A stretch of 64,000 nt of DNA from a virus (IMGVR_UViG_2799112225_000003:2968-66967), one strand, 5' to 3'; counted from the stretch's first letter, positions 36,206 through 46,168 are shown. The notes: generated by a model not told the origin, from the sequence alone. Made by a program: numbers and translations.

Positions 36206-36685
36206 TTACTTCGGGCCGGTGCGTTCGCCGTGCACGATCACGTCCAGGCGCGAGGCCTTCACGTTGGCCGCACCTGCGATGGTCAGCACCAGCAGCGCGG
36301 GCTTGGGCAGCTTCACCGGTGCCTTGGCAGTGGCGGCGCGCAGGCGGCCCGTCGCGTTGAGGACCAGGCCCGCGCCGAAGTACGCGGTGTCCTGCGGCAC
36401 GTCGGCGCTGTCCACGCCGTCGGCGTAGATGAAGCCCAGCGAGCCGGTCACGGCCGCGGTCATCGCCGTCGACACGATGACCTGGGCGTCTTCGAGCACG
36501 AAGCCCTCGGGCAGCTTGTCGAGCACGACGACATCGCCCACGCCTAGCGGCGCAGCGCTATCGGCGTTGACCGCGCCGCCGTCGGCCGCCGTGAGCAGGA
36601 CGGCGCGCAGCGTGGTGAGGTTGCCGTAGGGGGTGAAGCCGCCGAACTGCTGCAGGCCCAGCCCCAGTTTCTTGATGGTTGCCAT
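36206..36685 (-). CDS. Capsid decoration/cement protein (159 aa)
   Basis: Directly after capsid; AGGAGG RBS; GDVVVLDKLPEG beta-rich pattern. Confidence 0.7.
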   Translation of the reverse strand: MATIKKLGLGLQQFGGFTPYGNLTTLRAVLLTAADGGAVNADSAAPLGVGDVVVLDKLPEGFVLEDAQVIVSTAMTAAVTGSLGFIYADGVDSADVPQDTAYFGAGLVLNATGRLRAATAKAPVKLPKPALLVLTIAGAANVKASRLDVIVHGERTGPK

Positions 36686-36752
36686 GGATGGCCTCCTGTG
36701 GGTGTCGTTGAAAGTGGAGAGGGAGGCCGGCCGGGGCCAGCCTCCGAGGGCA

Positions 36753-38045
36753 TCAGCCGCGCGGCTTGATGATGCGGACAGCGGTGTCGAGCACCGTCAC
36801 GCCGTGGTCGGTGAACTGGGTGGTGTCGCCGTGGTCCACCGCGAAGCGGATCTTCGACATGCCCAGGATCGCGCCGATCAGGATTTCCATCTTGTCGCCG
36901 TGATCGCCGTCCTTCTCGCTCCAGAAGAACGGGATACCGCTCTTCTCGGAGCTACCGAACGCCTGCGCCAGCGCCTGGCCGCCGAGCAGCAGCGCGCGGT
37001 CCACCGCGAAGGTGGTACCGAACGCAGCCGGCACCTTCACGGTGGATTCCACCTCGCTGTCGTAGGCGGCGCAGTAAGCCAGGTCGTCGCCCGCGTAGAA
37101 GCGGATCGCCTTGGGCATCTTCACGATGAGGATGCCGTTCCAGAGGCCCACATCGCCGAGGAACAGCGGGTGATCCTTCGCCAGCCGGGCGCGCGCGTAG
37201 GCGTTGGCCTGGAAGCTGCGGAAGTCCGGGTTCGTGGCGAAGCCGCTGTACTGGGCCGGCGACACCAGCGCGACGCGGATCGGGCTGTCGGTGGCGGCGA
37301 GGTCACCCTCGAACTCCACCGGGGGCGGCGGCAGCGGGATCTGGTCCATCCACGAGCGCAGCGAGTCCACCGCGTCCATGGTGAACTGGTCGGTCGTGGC
37401 GATGACCAGCTCGCCGGCGTTCGCCTTCACCTCGCCCACCGCACCGCCGCCGGCCACCAGGTGCCGGTTGCGCGTCGGCGCCTTCACCCGGTTCACCATG
37501 ATTTCCTTGAACTTCGGGTGCGCTGCGACCGGCACGCGCCATTCGATCTTGTTGTCGTGGTAGCCGCGCGCGCCAGCGAGGTGAACGAGCATCGACTGGT
37601 CGATGTAGTCGTTCATCAGCTGCTGCGCCTTCGGCCGGCCCAGGCGGCGCAGGTCGTAGGGGCTGCGGATCTGCGTCATGGTGTTGCCCATGTCCACCGG
37701 GAAACGCGCCTGGTTGATGCGCAGCCGGTCTTCCGAGAACGACATGCCCACGCCCTTGCCCTCGGCGTACTCGCTGCCCATGATTGGGTAGCCGCCGATG
37801 GGGTTGTCGAGGTGGAAGGTGATCTCGTCACCCTTGTTCTTGCCCAGATCGTCGGCACGCACGATGGGCATCGTGGGCTTCGATTGGCGCTTCGCACCCG
37901 CGATGGCGTTCTCGATGGTGGGCATCTTGCCCGTCAGGCGGTTCAGCGTCGTGTTGCGCTGCATGCAGGTGTGGAAGACCCCTACCGCCTGCTGGATCAT
38001 GGCGCCGGTGGCGCCAGATGGGACGTTGGTTTTGCTTTCGGACAC
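36753..38045 (-). CDS. Major capsid protein (N4 gp56/DUF4043-like; 430 aa)
   Basis: GTG start with GAAGGAGG RBS; DLGKNKGDEITF, LRINQAR, HPLFLGDVGLWNGILI, RALLLGGQALA. Confidence 0.88.
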   Translation of the reverse strand: MSESKTNVPSGATGAMIQQAVGVFHTCMQRNTTLNRLTGKMPTIENAIAGAKRQSKPTMPIVRADDLGKNKGDEITFHLDNPIGGYPIMGSEYAEGKGVGMSFSEDRLRINQARFPVDMGNTMTQIRSPYDLRRLGRPKAQQLMNDYIDQSMLVHLAGARGYHDNKIEWRVPVAAHPKFKEIMVNRVKAPTRNRHLVAGGGAVGEVKANAGELVIATTDQFTMDAVDSLRSWMDQIPLPPPPVEFEGDLAATDSPIRVALVSPAQYSGFATNPDFRSFQANAYARARLAKDHPLFLGDVGLWNGILIVKMPKAIRFYAGDDLAYCAAYDSEVESTVKVPAAFGTTFAVDRALLLGGQALAQAFGSSEKSGIPFFWSEKDGDHGDKMEILIGAILGMSKIRFAVDHGDTTQFTDHGVTVLDTAVRIIKPRG

Positions 38046-38097
38046 GGTGTCCTCCTTCAATGGGATGGGCTTCGCCTCCCGGCGATGCCTGGCGCAA

Positions 38098-39132
38098 TCA
38101 GAGTTGCTTGTTCAAGAAGGCCTCGATCTGCGCGGGGCTCATGTTTTCCATGGCCGCGTACATGTCGACGCCACCCATGCCTGCCATACGCTCGTGCGGA
38201 GAGAGCCCGTCTGCGCGCCCGCCGGGGATGCCGGACAGGCTTGCAGGGGGTTCCGTCCGCGCGGAAGCAGCGGCGGCCGTAGCCGCAGCCTTGTCAGGGG
38301 CTGCGGGCGTAGGAGCTTCCTTGTTGCCCTTCGTGAAGGCATCGAACACCTCGACGATCTGCTCAGCCGTCCCGCCCGTCTTTGGGTCGAACAGCTGCCA
38401 GTACGCATTGCGGACCGCGCTCGGGTGGGCATCCACCCAGGCCTTGAACTCGGCGCTCTCCACGATGGAGTCAGCGTTGGGGTGCGCCTTGTAGATGGCC
38501 TCGTAGTGCGCGGTAGCGGCGTCCTGCTGGTGCTTGGCCTGCAGCGGTGCGACGGCCTTGCCGACGCGCTCCTCTACCTGTTGCTGCACCAGCTTGGCGA
38601 TGCCAGCCGCAAGCGCTTCCTCGGAGAAGTCGCCGAATAGGCCCGGGTCCACGCCCTTCTCGATGGCCGCCTCTGCGGTGGCAACCATGTTGTCGGTCTT
38701 GGTCGGGGCCTGCCCTTCGTTCTCGCGGGCTCTCGCCTGCGCCTGCAGGTCCGCCAACTGGCGCTTCGCGTCCTCGGCTTCCGCCTTGTACGTGTCGCGC
38801 TGCTGACGCGCCTTGTCCAGGTGGCTGAAGTCGATGGTGTGCTTGCCATCCTTCGCCAGGATCACGGTGTTGTCCGCGGTCTGCTGGTCTTCGGGGATGG
38901 GCTGCTGCTCGCCACCGGGCTTGCCCTGGGTGTCGTCGGTTTGCTCGTTGCCCTTCGTGGGCTCAGCCGCACCGGGCTTGTCGTCGGTAGCAGGGGTGGT
39001 CGTGGGCGCGCCACCGGTGTCCGGCTTGCCGCCGGTATCGCCCTGCTCTTCCAAGCGCAATGCCTGGAGAGCCTGCTCCGGCGTCAGCGCGCCGTTGATG
39101 CTGTCAAAGAAGTTGTCGGTTGTTGCCGTCAT
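38098..39132 (-). CDS. Scaffolding protein
   Basis: Acidic low-complexity N-terminus, coiled coil, immediately upstream of capsid. Confidence 0.75.
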   Translation of the reverse strand: MTATTDNFFDSINGALTPEQALQALRLEEQGDTGGKPDTGGAPTTTPATDDKPGAAEPTKGNEQTDDTQGKPGGEQQPIPEDQQTADNTVILAKDGKHTIDFSHLDKARQQRDTYKAEAEDAKRQLADLQAQARARENEGQAPTKTDNMVATAEAAIEKGVDPGLFGDFSEEALAAGIAKLVQQQVEERVGKAVAPLQAKHQQDAATAHYEAIYKAHPNADSIVESAEFKAWVDAHPSAVRNAYWQLFDPKTGGTAEQIVEVFDAFTKGNKEAPTPAAPDKAAATAAAASARTEPPASLSGIPGGRADGLSPHERMAGMGGVDMYAAMENMSPAQIEAFLNKQL

Positions 39133-39312
39133 GCTCGTCCGCCACATGTCGCCGTGGCCGCTAGGGACATCCGCATTCGGAGCACTGGGTGAGGCCGAAG
39201 CCCCACCCCGTACACCTCCAGCTGGGGGAGTTACCTCGCGCTCTTTCGAGGGAGGTGCCGGCTCTCACGAGCGGGCTGCGTCACGATCCGCTCTCGCTTC
39301 ACGCTTGAGCGC
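39133..39312 (-). ncRNA. Highly structured 5' leader RNA of the head operon
   Basis: Hairpins capped by GUGA, GAAA, GUAA and cUUCGg tetraloops; multibranch closed by CACCUCC/GGAGGUG. Confidence 0.6.
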
Positions 39313-39313
39313 C

Positions 39314-39355
39314 ACTGTGCCGACAGCGGGTCGCTCCGGGAAACCCTACAGGGGG
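39314..39355 (-). promoter_or_regulatory. Putative late promoter, copy 4 (scaffold/capsid/tail operon)
   Basis: CCCCCTGTAGGGTT-N20-GGCACAGT. Confidence 0.65.
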
Positions 39356-39364
39356 GCAAGAACG

Positions 39365-39396
39365 AAAAAAGCCGCCCAGGGGCGGCTTTTTTCTTT
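39365..39396. terminator. Bidirectional intrinsic terminator
   Basis: AAAAAAGCCGCC-CAGG-GGCGGCTTTTTT. Confidence 0.85.
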
Positions 39397-39406
39397 CGAC
39401 CAATAG

Positions 39407-39862
39407 TCAAAATGGGCCCGTAACCTTCAATAAGTTGTCAATAGCAAACTCATGGGCGCCCGTAACCACATGAAGGGGCGCCTGATGGTTCTTCAGAAGA
39501 TTAGCCTTAGCCTTCTGCAACTTTGAGGTAAAACTGGGGTTCCGAGATGGTTTTCGGCAGACTATTAAGGCAGCCATACTTGATGTTTTTTTATTTTCCT
39601 TCTGAAGAAAAGAAAAAGTCGCCTCTATCTGCTTAATTGCATGCTCAACATCCTTACCCTTCAACTCAACCAAGACGCTTTTATCTTCTAGCTGTATTAC
39701 CCAATAGTCACATGCAATCTCTTTTTTGATCAGGCACCCGTCAACCCTAACCCTTTGATATTTTTGCCTTCCTGGGTTTAAAAAAACGGCCTTCTGCCCG
39801 TTCTCTTCCACCTTGATTTTGGAATCTTTTAGATTCTCGAAGCAGTCACAATTCACGTTCAT
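39407..39862 (-). CDS. Small PD-(D/E)xK nuclease-like protein (151 aa), partner of ATPase
   Basis: VDGC...CDY...VLVELKG.DV.HA.KQ; overlaps ATPase end; AT-rich. Confidence 0.75.
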   Translation of the reverse strand: MNVNCDCFENLKDSKIKVEENGQKAVFLNPGRQKYQRVRVDGCLIKKEIACDYWVIQLEDKSVLVELKGKDVEHAIKQIEATFSFLQKENKKTSSMAALIVCRKPSRNPSFTSKLQKAKANLLKNHQAPLHVVTGAHEFAIDNLLKVTGPF

Positions 39863-41114
39863 GCTCCACTTCGAGCAACCGGTCGAACTCTTGGCCAAGC
39901 TCTCCTGAAACTTCGTCTAGGTAATCCGAGTTAATCAGTCCATCTGCCTCAAGAATACTTGAAACAACACCGCCTTTTATTGCATAAGCCCGGACGGATC
40001 GCGCCTGGAGCCAAGCTCTACGAGGCACGATCGTTTCAAGTTTGCGGCGCTTGTCTTCCGATGCGGACCGCCCTATCGCACCCGCCTTAAGAAGATTGTT
40101 TACCTTGGTCATCACGTAGGGGCTATGTGTCGTGATAACCAAATTGGATTCAGCAGCAACCTGTGAAATTGAACTAGTCGCCATTGCTAACGTTTCGATC
40201 AATGCACTCTGCGCCGTAGGAAAAAGATGGGCTTCTGGCTCTTCGATATAGCAAAGTCGACGCCCTTCGGTCCTAAGCAACCACGGCATAAAGGTGATAA
40301 GCGGCAGCAATTCTTGCTGGCCCGACGACATTGCGGAAAGCGGAATTTTTCTCCCATCAGAAGCATGCATAAATTCTTTTTCCCCGTCGCGCTCCACTTT
40401 GCCTCCCAGCAGAGTCTCGAAAGATTTCTCGATTATTTTTTTCAAGCTCTGATTCTCTTTTGGGCCGTAAAAAGCGCGCTCGCGCATGGTCGTATAAAGG
40501 CGCCCAAACCTAAGAATCAAAGGATCGAGCACACGCCCCTGCTCGAATGCCGCAATTGCCTTACCGATGCTGGTAAAAAATGACCGGCCAGCTGGCACAA
40601 ACGCTTGGTAGGCGGTGTAATCGCGCCCCATAATTTTGCGAAGACTCTTTTCCGAAATCTCTCTGAATCGATACTCGGCTCCAAACAGATCTGCCTCTCT
40701 GGTCAAGTCGGCCGAAGATTTAACCGCATCCTCCAGCAAACTTTCATATTGCGCCATGAACGGCTCAGAAAATTTGACTCTGAAATCGTTTGAACACCGA
40801 CCCCCCCATTTTTTTCTCACAAGGGAGACACTGTAATCGCCTGCAACAAAGGTGATTCGGAATTGTTCTTTCCCCCACGCCGCCAGCGGGAACCACTCCA
40901 AAAATCGCTCTTTAATTGAGTCAACATACTTCTCAAATGAGCTCTGCTTGGACAAGTGGACATATTGAAGATAGGAGCATTCAATGAGGAAATAGTTGAG
41001 CTTACAAAGCACGCTTTTCCCACTTGCCTGCGGACCGATCAACAACGTGAGCCTGCCAATCTCGATAGTGGCGTCTCGGATACAAGAAAAATTTGAAACG
41101 GAAAGGGTGCGCAT
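39846..41114 (-). CDS. ABC-type (AAA_15/AAA_21-like) ATPase, putative anti-phage defence
   Basis: Walker A GPQASGKS, signature MSSGQQ, Walker B YIEEPEAHL, H-loop ITTHSPY; AT-rich insertion. Confidence 0.88.
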   Translation of the reverse strand: MRTLSVSNFSCIRDATIEIGRLTLLIGPQASGKSVLCKLNYFLIECSYLQYVHLSKQSSFEKYVDSIKERFLEWFPLAAWGKEQFRITFVAGDYSVSLVRKKWGGRCSNDFRVKFSEPFMAQYESLLEDAVKSSADLTREADLFGAEYRFREISEKSLRKIMGRDYTAYQAFVPAGRSFFTSIGKAIAAFEQGRVLDPLILRFGRLYTTMRERAFYGPKENQSLKKIIEKSFETLLGGKVERDGEKEFMHASDGRKIPLSAMSSGQQELLPLITFMPWLLRTEGRRLCYIEEPEAHLFPTAQSALIETLAMATSSISQVAAESNLVITTHSPYVMTKVNNLLKAGAIGRSASEDKRRKLETIVPRRAWLQARSVRAYAIKGGVVSSILEADGLINSDYLDEVSGELGQEFDRLLEVEHEREL

Positions 41115-41148
41115 TCCGGGAGTCTAAGCGCGCCTGCTGCGCGCCGTG

Positions 41149-43515
41149 TCAATCTTTCTGGCCCCTTGCTCCGGCCAGCTCTACTTGTGGCGAAGAGCCA
41201 ACCAAGTTATCTGACACTCGCTCGGTTTCAACGCCGCTCAGCCCCCTGCTTGGAGTGATCGCGCGTGCAGGGAATGTCGGGCTGGTGTTCTCGTGCACTG
41301 GCGGCGCGGCGGCGGCCTCCTCCTGCGCAGCCAGCGCAGCAGGGCCTTGCCCCTGGACGTAGGGGTCTTTGATGTTCATGGCCGCAGTCTGCGCAGGCGT
41401 CGGGAAGTTCGGATCGTCGCCGGCCGGCGTGGGCCGCTGGTAGCCGGCGCCCTGCATGATTGCGTCCGCGATGGGCGCGATCATCGGCATCTGCGCCACC
41501 TGCGCGCCGCCCTGCATCGCGGCGAAGGCAGCCTGCACACCCACCTGCACGGCGTCGGCCATGAGCTTTTGGATCTCGGCCTCGGTCTTGCGCTCCTTCA
41601 TGTCTAGCTCGCGCGCCTTGAGGTCGTTGCCGGCCTTGGCGAGGGCATCGGCAACCGCCTCCTGGATGCGCTTCTCCACCTGCTCAGGCGACTCCTGCGC
41701 CGCGGCATTGCGGAGGGCCTCGACGAGGGCGCGCTTGAACGGAACGTCCATGAGGCTGGCCAGGAACGGTATAGCCGCGGCCTGGTACTGCGGCGGCAGG
41801 CTCTTGATCGACTCGGACAGCGCGTTGAGCTGCTGGCCGCGGTAGGTTGGCGAGCTGGGCACGTCTTGCATGCCGACTTGCAGCATGGTGCGCTGCAAGT
41901 CGTTGGAGAGGTAGGGAATGCCGGTGAGCGGGTCCGCCTCCGGCTTGTTGAGCACCACCATGCGCGTGGGCGTCACGTCGTCACCCTCGATGACGACCGC
42001 ATGCTCGCTCGATCCGATGTCCTGCACGATCATCGCCACCAGCATTTCGCCCACCTGCGTGCGCGCACTCTTCTGGTTGCCCATCATGTGCGAGAGAGAC
42101 TGATTGGCTTGCTCCACCTGGGTCTGCTCTTGGATGCCGCTGGTCGCGGTGCCGCGCCGACCAGAGAAGGCGCCCGCGGCCGCCGGGTTGATGCGCTCGA
42201 TGGCGTTGCGCGCGTTCTGCAGTTGCTCGAGCTGCTGTGCGTTGGCCTGGAAGTCGCGCTTCACCTCGAACCGCGCACCCTGCTGCGCCATGTGGGCCGC
42301 GTTGAGCACGATGTCGGCGTCGGGCCGGTTGATGGTGCGACGGAACACATCGTCTGGCATGTCCACGGCGCCCTTGGTGCGCTCGGTGCGGTAGGAGCTC
42401 ATCCCCCAGCGCAGCCGCGCGTTGCCGTTGTTGAGCGTGTCCTGCTGGTCCATCAGGTTGCGCACGTAGCCGAACGGCACACCGGTGCCGTCCTCGCGGA
42501 ATCCCCAGAATGGCACGTATGGGAAGTAGCGGTGCGCATAGGGCGTGGGCCCGTCGAAGAGCACGTGCGGCCCGAGCCAGTAGCTGCGGCGCACCTTGGC
42601 GACCGTGGCACGCATGAACCGCACGCGCCGGTTGGCCAGCGCGAAGACGTGGGCGGGGTTGTTCTCGTCGTACTCCACCACGCGCCCGTCCGGGCTCTTG
42701 AGAACGATGACATCCGACCACCGGCGGTACCAGAGCTCTGAAGCGCAAACCTCACGGTTCATCGGGTTGAACCAGCGGTCTTCCAGCCTGGTCCACTCGC
42801 GCGCGATGTCCCATGCCCTATTCAGGCCTGTGCTTCCGCCGCCGTACTGCGTGTCGTCGTACTCCGACCACCAGTTGATGCCGGCGCGGCCGTAGAGGCG
42901 GATCAGTTCCTTGTGGTCAGGGAAGACGCGGGCGAGTCGCGACGGGTGCATCCAGCGCTGGCGGCGCAGCCAACGCGCGTCGCTCAGGTCAGCCTTCGTG
43001 CTGGCCCAGTCCCAGTGGATCTCGTTGCGATGGATGACGTTGCACTGGTAGGGGTAGTCGAAGGGGTCGGAGTTGCGGCACACCTCCACCCAGCCTACGC
43101 CCACGGCGATCTGGGGATAGAACGCGCCGCTGCAGGCGTCGTCAGCCTTACTCTTGCGCTCAGCCTCGTTCAACTTGAAGTTGATGGCGTCGGCTACGTC
43201 CTGGCCACCGGGCTGCCCGTTCGAGGTCACACGCCAATCTGTGCGGGTTTGCTTTTCGTATCCCCGAATGCCTTCCAGCGATGCCCCGATCAGGTTCTCC
43301 ATCGTGGTCGGAATGCCCTGTGCCTTCATCGCGCGGATGAGCTCGGTGTCGAGCTGGTTGCCGTCGGCGTAGTCCATCTCCCGGTCGGCGGTTCGGCGCC
43401 AAGTGCGGGGCTGATTGTCGATCTCGTCGAGGATCTCGCGGTACTCGGCGAGCGTGAGCGGCACATCGCCGTCCGGCGTGTCTACGGGGTCGAGGTTGTT
43501 GGTCTGGTTCGTCAT
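41149..43515 (-). CDS. Portal protein (P22/N4-like; 788 aa)
   Basis: After TerL; DYADGNQ, FPYVPFWG...PFGYVRNLMDQQD, ATSGI; GAGG RBS. Confidence 0.88.
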   Translation of the reverse strand: MTNQTNNLDPVDTPDGDVPLTLAEYREILDEIDNQPRTWRRTADREMDYADGNQLDTELIRAMKAQGIPTTMENLIGASLEGIRGYEKQTRTDWRVTSNGQPGGQDVADAINFKLNEAERKSKADDACSGAFYPQIAVGVGWVEVCRNSDPFDYPYQCNVIHRNEIHWDWASTKADLSDARWLRRQRWMHPSRLARVFPDHKELIRLYGRAGINWWSEYDDTQYGGGSTGLNRAWDIAREWTRLEDRWFNPMNREVCASELWYRRWSDVIVLKSPDGRVVEYDENNPAHVFALANRRVRFMRATVAKVRRSYWLGPHVLFDGPTPYAHRYFPYVPFWGFREDGTGVPFGYVRNLMDQQDTLNNGNARLRWGMSSYRTERTKGAVDMPDDVFRRTINRPDADIVLNAAHMAQQGARFEVKRDFQANAQQLEQLQNARNAIERINPAAAGAFSGRRGTATSGIQEQTQVEQANQSLSHMMGNQKSARTQVGEMLVAMIVQDIGSSEHAVVIEGDDVTPTRMVVLNKPEADPLTGIPYLSNDLQRTMLQVGMQDVPSSPTYRGQQLNALSESIKSLPPQYQAAAIPFLASLMDVPFKRALVEALRNAAAQESPEQVEKRIQEAVADALAKAGNDLKARELDMKERKTEAEIQKLMADAVQVGVQAAFAAMQGGAQVAQMPMIAPIADAIMQGAGYQRPTPAGDDPNFPTPAQTAAMNIKDPYVQGQGPAALAAQEEAAAAPPVHENTSPTFPARAITPSRGLSGVETERVSDNLVGSSPQVELAGARGQKD

Positions 43516-43526
43516 GGTGGTGGTCC

Positions 43527-45209
43527 TCACACGCAGGCAGGCTCCGGGGCCTCCACGTAGCTGCTGTTCTCGGTCAGGCTTTCGAGGAGTCCGAGTTCCT
43601 TGGCCTGGGCCCATTGGCGCAGGGCGTCGGCACCCTCGGTGCATCCGTTGCTCTTGTCGGGCTGGTCGAGGAAGCGGTTCTCCGACTGGCTGTACTTCTT
43701 GCGGTAGCCCTGGATGCGCTCGATGCCCTGCTTCGTACCGTCGATCTCGAAGTAGGCGCTCTTCAGGTGCTTGCGCACGGCGTAGATGCCGGTCATCAGC
43801 TCGGTGACGCGCGGCACGATGAAGAAGCTCTGGCCGGGCAGCAGGAGCTGCAGCTGCTCACGGGTGCTGCGGTTGTAGTCGCCCAGGCGCTTGTGGTCCG
43901 CGTCGTGCGGCAGGAAGTGGCCGCCGTACAGGAAACCCCTGTCCTGGAGGTGTCGGGCGTAGTGGCGCAGGTCTTCCTCGTGCTCTTCGTAGTAGCCGAT
44001 GAAGCGGTCCTCGCCGCGCAGCACCTGCATGAACCAGATGGCCGTGCCGTCGCTGTTGCCGATGTCCCAGAAGGTGTAGACCGGCAGGTCAAGCACCGGC
44101 ACCTGGCAGATGGCGCCGCGCTTGCGCAGCAGCACCATGTCCTTGGCGTAGTAGTGACCGGCGGTGGATTGCTGGAAGGCCTCCTCGGGGGTCGAGGGGT
44201 ACTCCTGCCACATCCGCTCCTCTTTGCCCGAGAAGTCGTTGCGCAGCTTTTCAACGTACCAGGCCCGCTGGCCCGTGTCGATCTTGCAGTCGCACGCCTG
44301 CTCGATCTCGTTGAAGTAGTCGTGCTGCTCGTTGCTGATGGACACGCCGGACGGGTCCATCGTGTACGCGGGGTCTTGCCACCAGGCGTAGAAGTGGAAG
44401 CGGTACTGGCTGGCGGTGAGCTTGGCCTTGCCGGCCACCAGCGCCTGGGCGCGCTGGCACATGTCGTAGAACTCGCCCTCGGTCCCCTCGGCCGTGCTCT
44501 CGATCACCAGGATGCCGGACAGCGGCACCGCCTGAATCGAGCCGGTGACCACTTCGTTCGCCTTCGCGGGGAACTTGGCGCATATCTTCCCGAACTCGGA
44601 GACGTGCAGGCGGTGGATGGTGCCGCCGCGCACGCTGGTGGCCACGCGGATGCTGCTGTTGTTGTGGCCGAACAGCAGCTCCTTCGTGCTGGCCCTCGCC
44701 AGCGGGAAGCGCTCGCGCAGCTCCTCGGGCAGGTGGTCGTAGGCGAAGACCACCTTGTCGCGGAAGATGGCCTCGGCCGTCTCGCGGTCCTGGGCGATCA
44801 TGCCGCAGCGCTGGTTTCCGTTGAACAGCGCGTGATCGAGCCAGAGGATGGCGATGAGGGTCGTGAAGCCGAGCTGCCGGGCCTTCAGGATGATGTTGCG
44901 GTGCCAGAGCCGGCGGATGAAGCGCTTCTGGGCTCGGTTGGGGATGAAGGGCTGCACCAGGTCGTCATCGCCCTCGTTCTTGCCCTTCACGATGATCTGG
45001 TACAGGCAGCCGCTGAAGAGGCGCCACTCGGGGTCTTGCAGGCAGCGCTCGAGCTCCGCGGCGTCCTGCGGCGCCTGGGTGGGCGGAATGACCTTGATCC
45101 GGCTCGGTTCGCGCGGCTTGTCGGGCCAGAGCTGGCCGTCGAGCGCCGAAGCACCGGCCACCGCGTGCAGCCAGTCTTCGCGCTCGTCGTCCTGCGCCTT
45201 CTTCGCCAT
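43527..45209 (-). CDS. terL: Terminase large subunit
   Basis: ILKARQLGFTT Walker A, LHVSE Walker B, IESTA, FWDIGNSD nuclease, ADALR. Confidence 0.93.
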   Translation of the reverse strand: MAKKAQDDEREDWLHAVAGASALDGQLWPDKPREPSRIKVIPPTQAPQDAAELERCLQDPEWRLFSGCLYQIIVKGKNEGDDDLVQPFIPNRAQKRFIRRLWHRNIILKARQLGFTTLIAILWLDHALFNGNQRCGMIAQDRETAEAIFRDKVVFAYDHLPEELRERFPLARASTKELLFGHNNSSIRVATSVRGGTIHRLHVSEFGKICAKFPAKANEVVTGSIQAVPLSGILVIESTAEGTEGEFYDMCQRAQALVAGKAKLTASQYRFHFYAWWQDPAYTMDPSGVSISNEQHDYFNEIEQACDCKIDTGQRAWYVEKLRNDFSGKEERMWQEYPSTPEEAFQQSTAGHYYAKDMVLLRKRGAICQVPVLDLPVYTFWDIGNSDGTAIWFMQVLRGEDRFIGYYEEHEEDLRHYARHLQDRGFLYGGHFLPHDADHKRLGDYNRSTREQLQLLLPGQSFFIVPRVTELMTGIYAVRKHLKSAYFEIDGTKQGIERIQGYRKKYSQSENRFLDQPDKSNGCTEGADALRQWAQAKELGLLESLTENSSYVEAPEPACV

Positions 45210-45211
45210 GC

Positions 45212-46168
45212 TCAGTCCTCGCCGTCCACGTCTTGGCGCGGCTGCAGTGCGCTCGGCGACGGCACACCGGCGGTAGGTGCCTCCGGATCGTCCGCCACGG
45301 GCCGGAATCCATTGGCATTGCCCGTGGTGATGCGGCTCAGCAGCGAGGCCAGCGGGTCGGTCTTCTGCTGGTTGTCCTTCTCGTAGAGGCCCAGGTGCTT
45401 GAACAGCTTCTCGGCGAACGCGGCCTTGTCGTGCATGGAGATCTCGATGCCGTACTTCGTCATCTTGGCGCCGGCATAGAGGGCGCGCGCCGCGGGAGAG
45501 AGGTGCCGGGTGTCGGCCAGGACCGTGCGGGCATATCCGTCGCCGCCACAGTCCGGGCAGGATGGATGTGGCGGCTTGAGCGGGTCGAACCCGATGCCGC
45601 CCTTCTCGTCGAAGTCGGCCAGGTTGCCGGCCTTCAGGGCGTGCTGCTCGCGGTCGTGATTGAACTCGCCCACGGTGCGCTGGAACTTGAAGCCCTCGCC
45701 CCAGCAGTGCCGGCAGCAGCCCACCTTCACCTGCACCAGCTCGCGCGGGTCGGCGAAAACGATGTTCCAGGCCTCCACCACCACGCGGTCGGCCTCGATG
45801 TGCGTACGGGCCTGCTGGAGCTTTCGAGCGTCAGCGATGGCAATCTGGATGTACGGTTTTGACAGGTTCTCCGATGCCATCTGCCGGGCGGTGTCCGGGC
45901 TGTAGCCGGCTCGAATGGCAGCCTGCGTGCCGTTCAGGTCCACCAGGTACTCATCGACGAAGCGCTGTTGGAGGTCGGTCAGGCCGAGCTGTGCGGGTTC
46001 GGCTGGTGGTGCTGGTGTTGCGCGGACCGGCCGGGATGGCTTCTTCGCCTTTGCCGGCGGCGCCTTCTTGCGCGCAGGTGCGCCCGCGGCCTTCTTGGGG
46101 GCGGCGGGCGTAGTGGTGGTCTTCTTCGGTGCGGGCGCCTGCTTCTTGGCGGGCTTGCGTGGTGCCAT
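45212..46168 (-). CDS. terS: Terminase small subunit with Zn-finger insert
   Basis: QQRFVDEYLVDLNGTQAAIRAGYS; CRHC...CPDC. Confidence 0.92.
   Translation of the reverse strand: MAPRKPAKKQAPAPKKTTTTPAAPKKAAGAPARKKAPPAKAKKPSRPVRATPAPPAEPAQLGLTDLQQRFVDEYLVDLNGTQAAIRAGYSPDTARQMASENLSKPYIQIAIADARKLQQARTHIEADRVVVEAWNIVFADPRELVQVKVGCCRHCWGEGFKFQRTVGEFNHDREQHALKAGNLADFDEKGGIGFDPLKPPHPSCPDCGGDGYARTVLADTRHLSPAARALYAGAKMTKYGIEISMHDKAAFAEKLFKHLGLYEKDNQQKTDPLASLLSRITTGNANGFRPVADDPEAPTAGVPSPSALQPRQDVDGED

Noticed and set aside
41121-41152. TTGACA...TAGACT as sigma70 promoter of the ATPase
   Set aside because: Spacer is 20 nt, too long; only the -10 and leaderless geometry is plausible
41691-41700. Partial GCGCAGGAGT match inside the portal gene
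   Set aside because: Lacks the full 13-mer, not near a start codon, explained by codons for AQE
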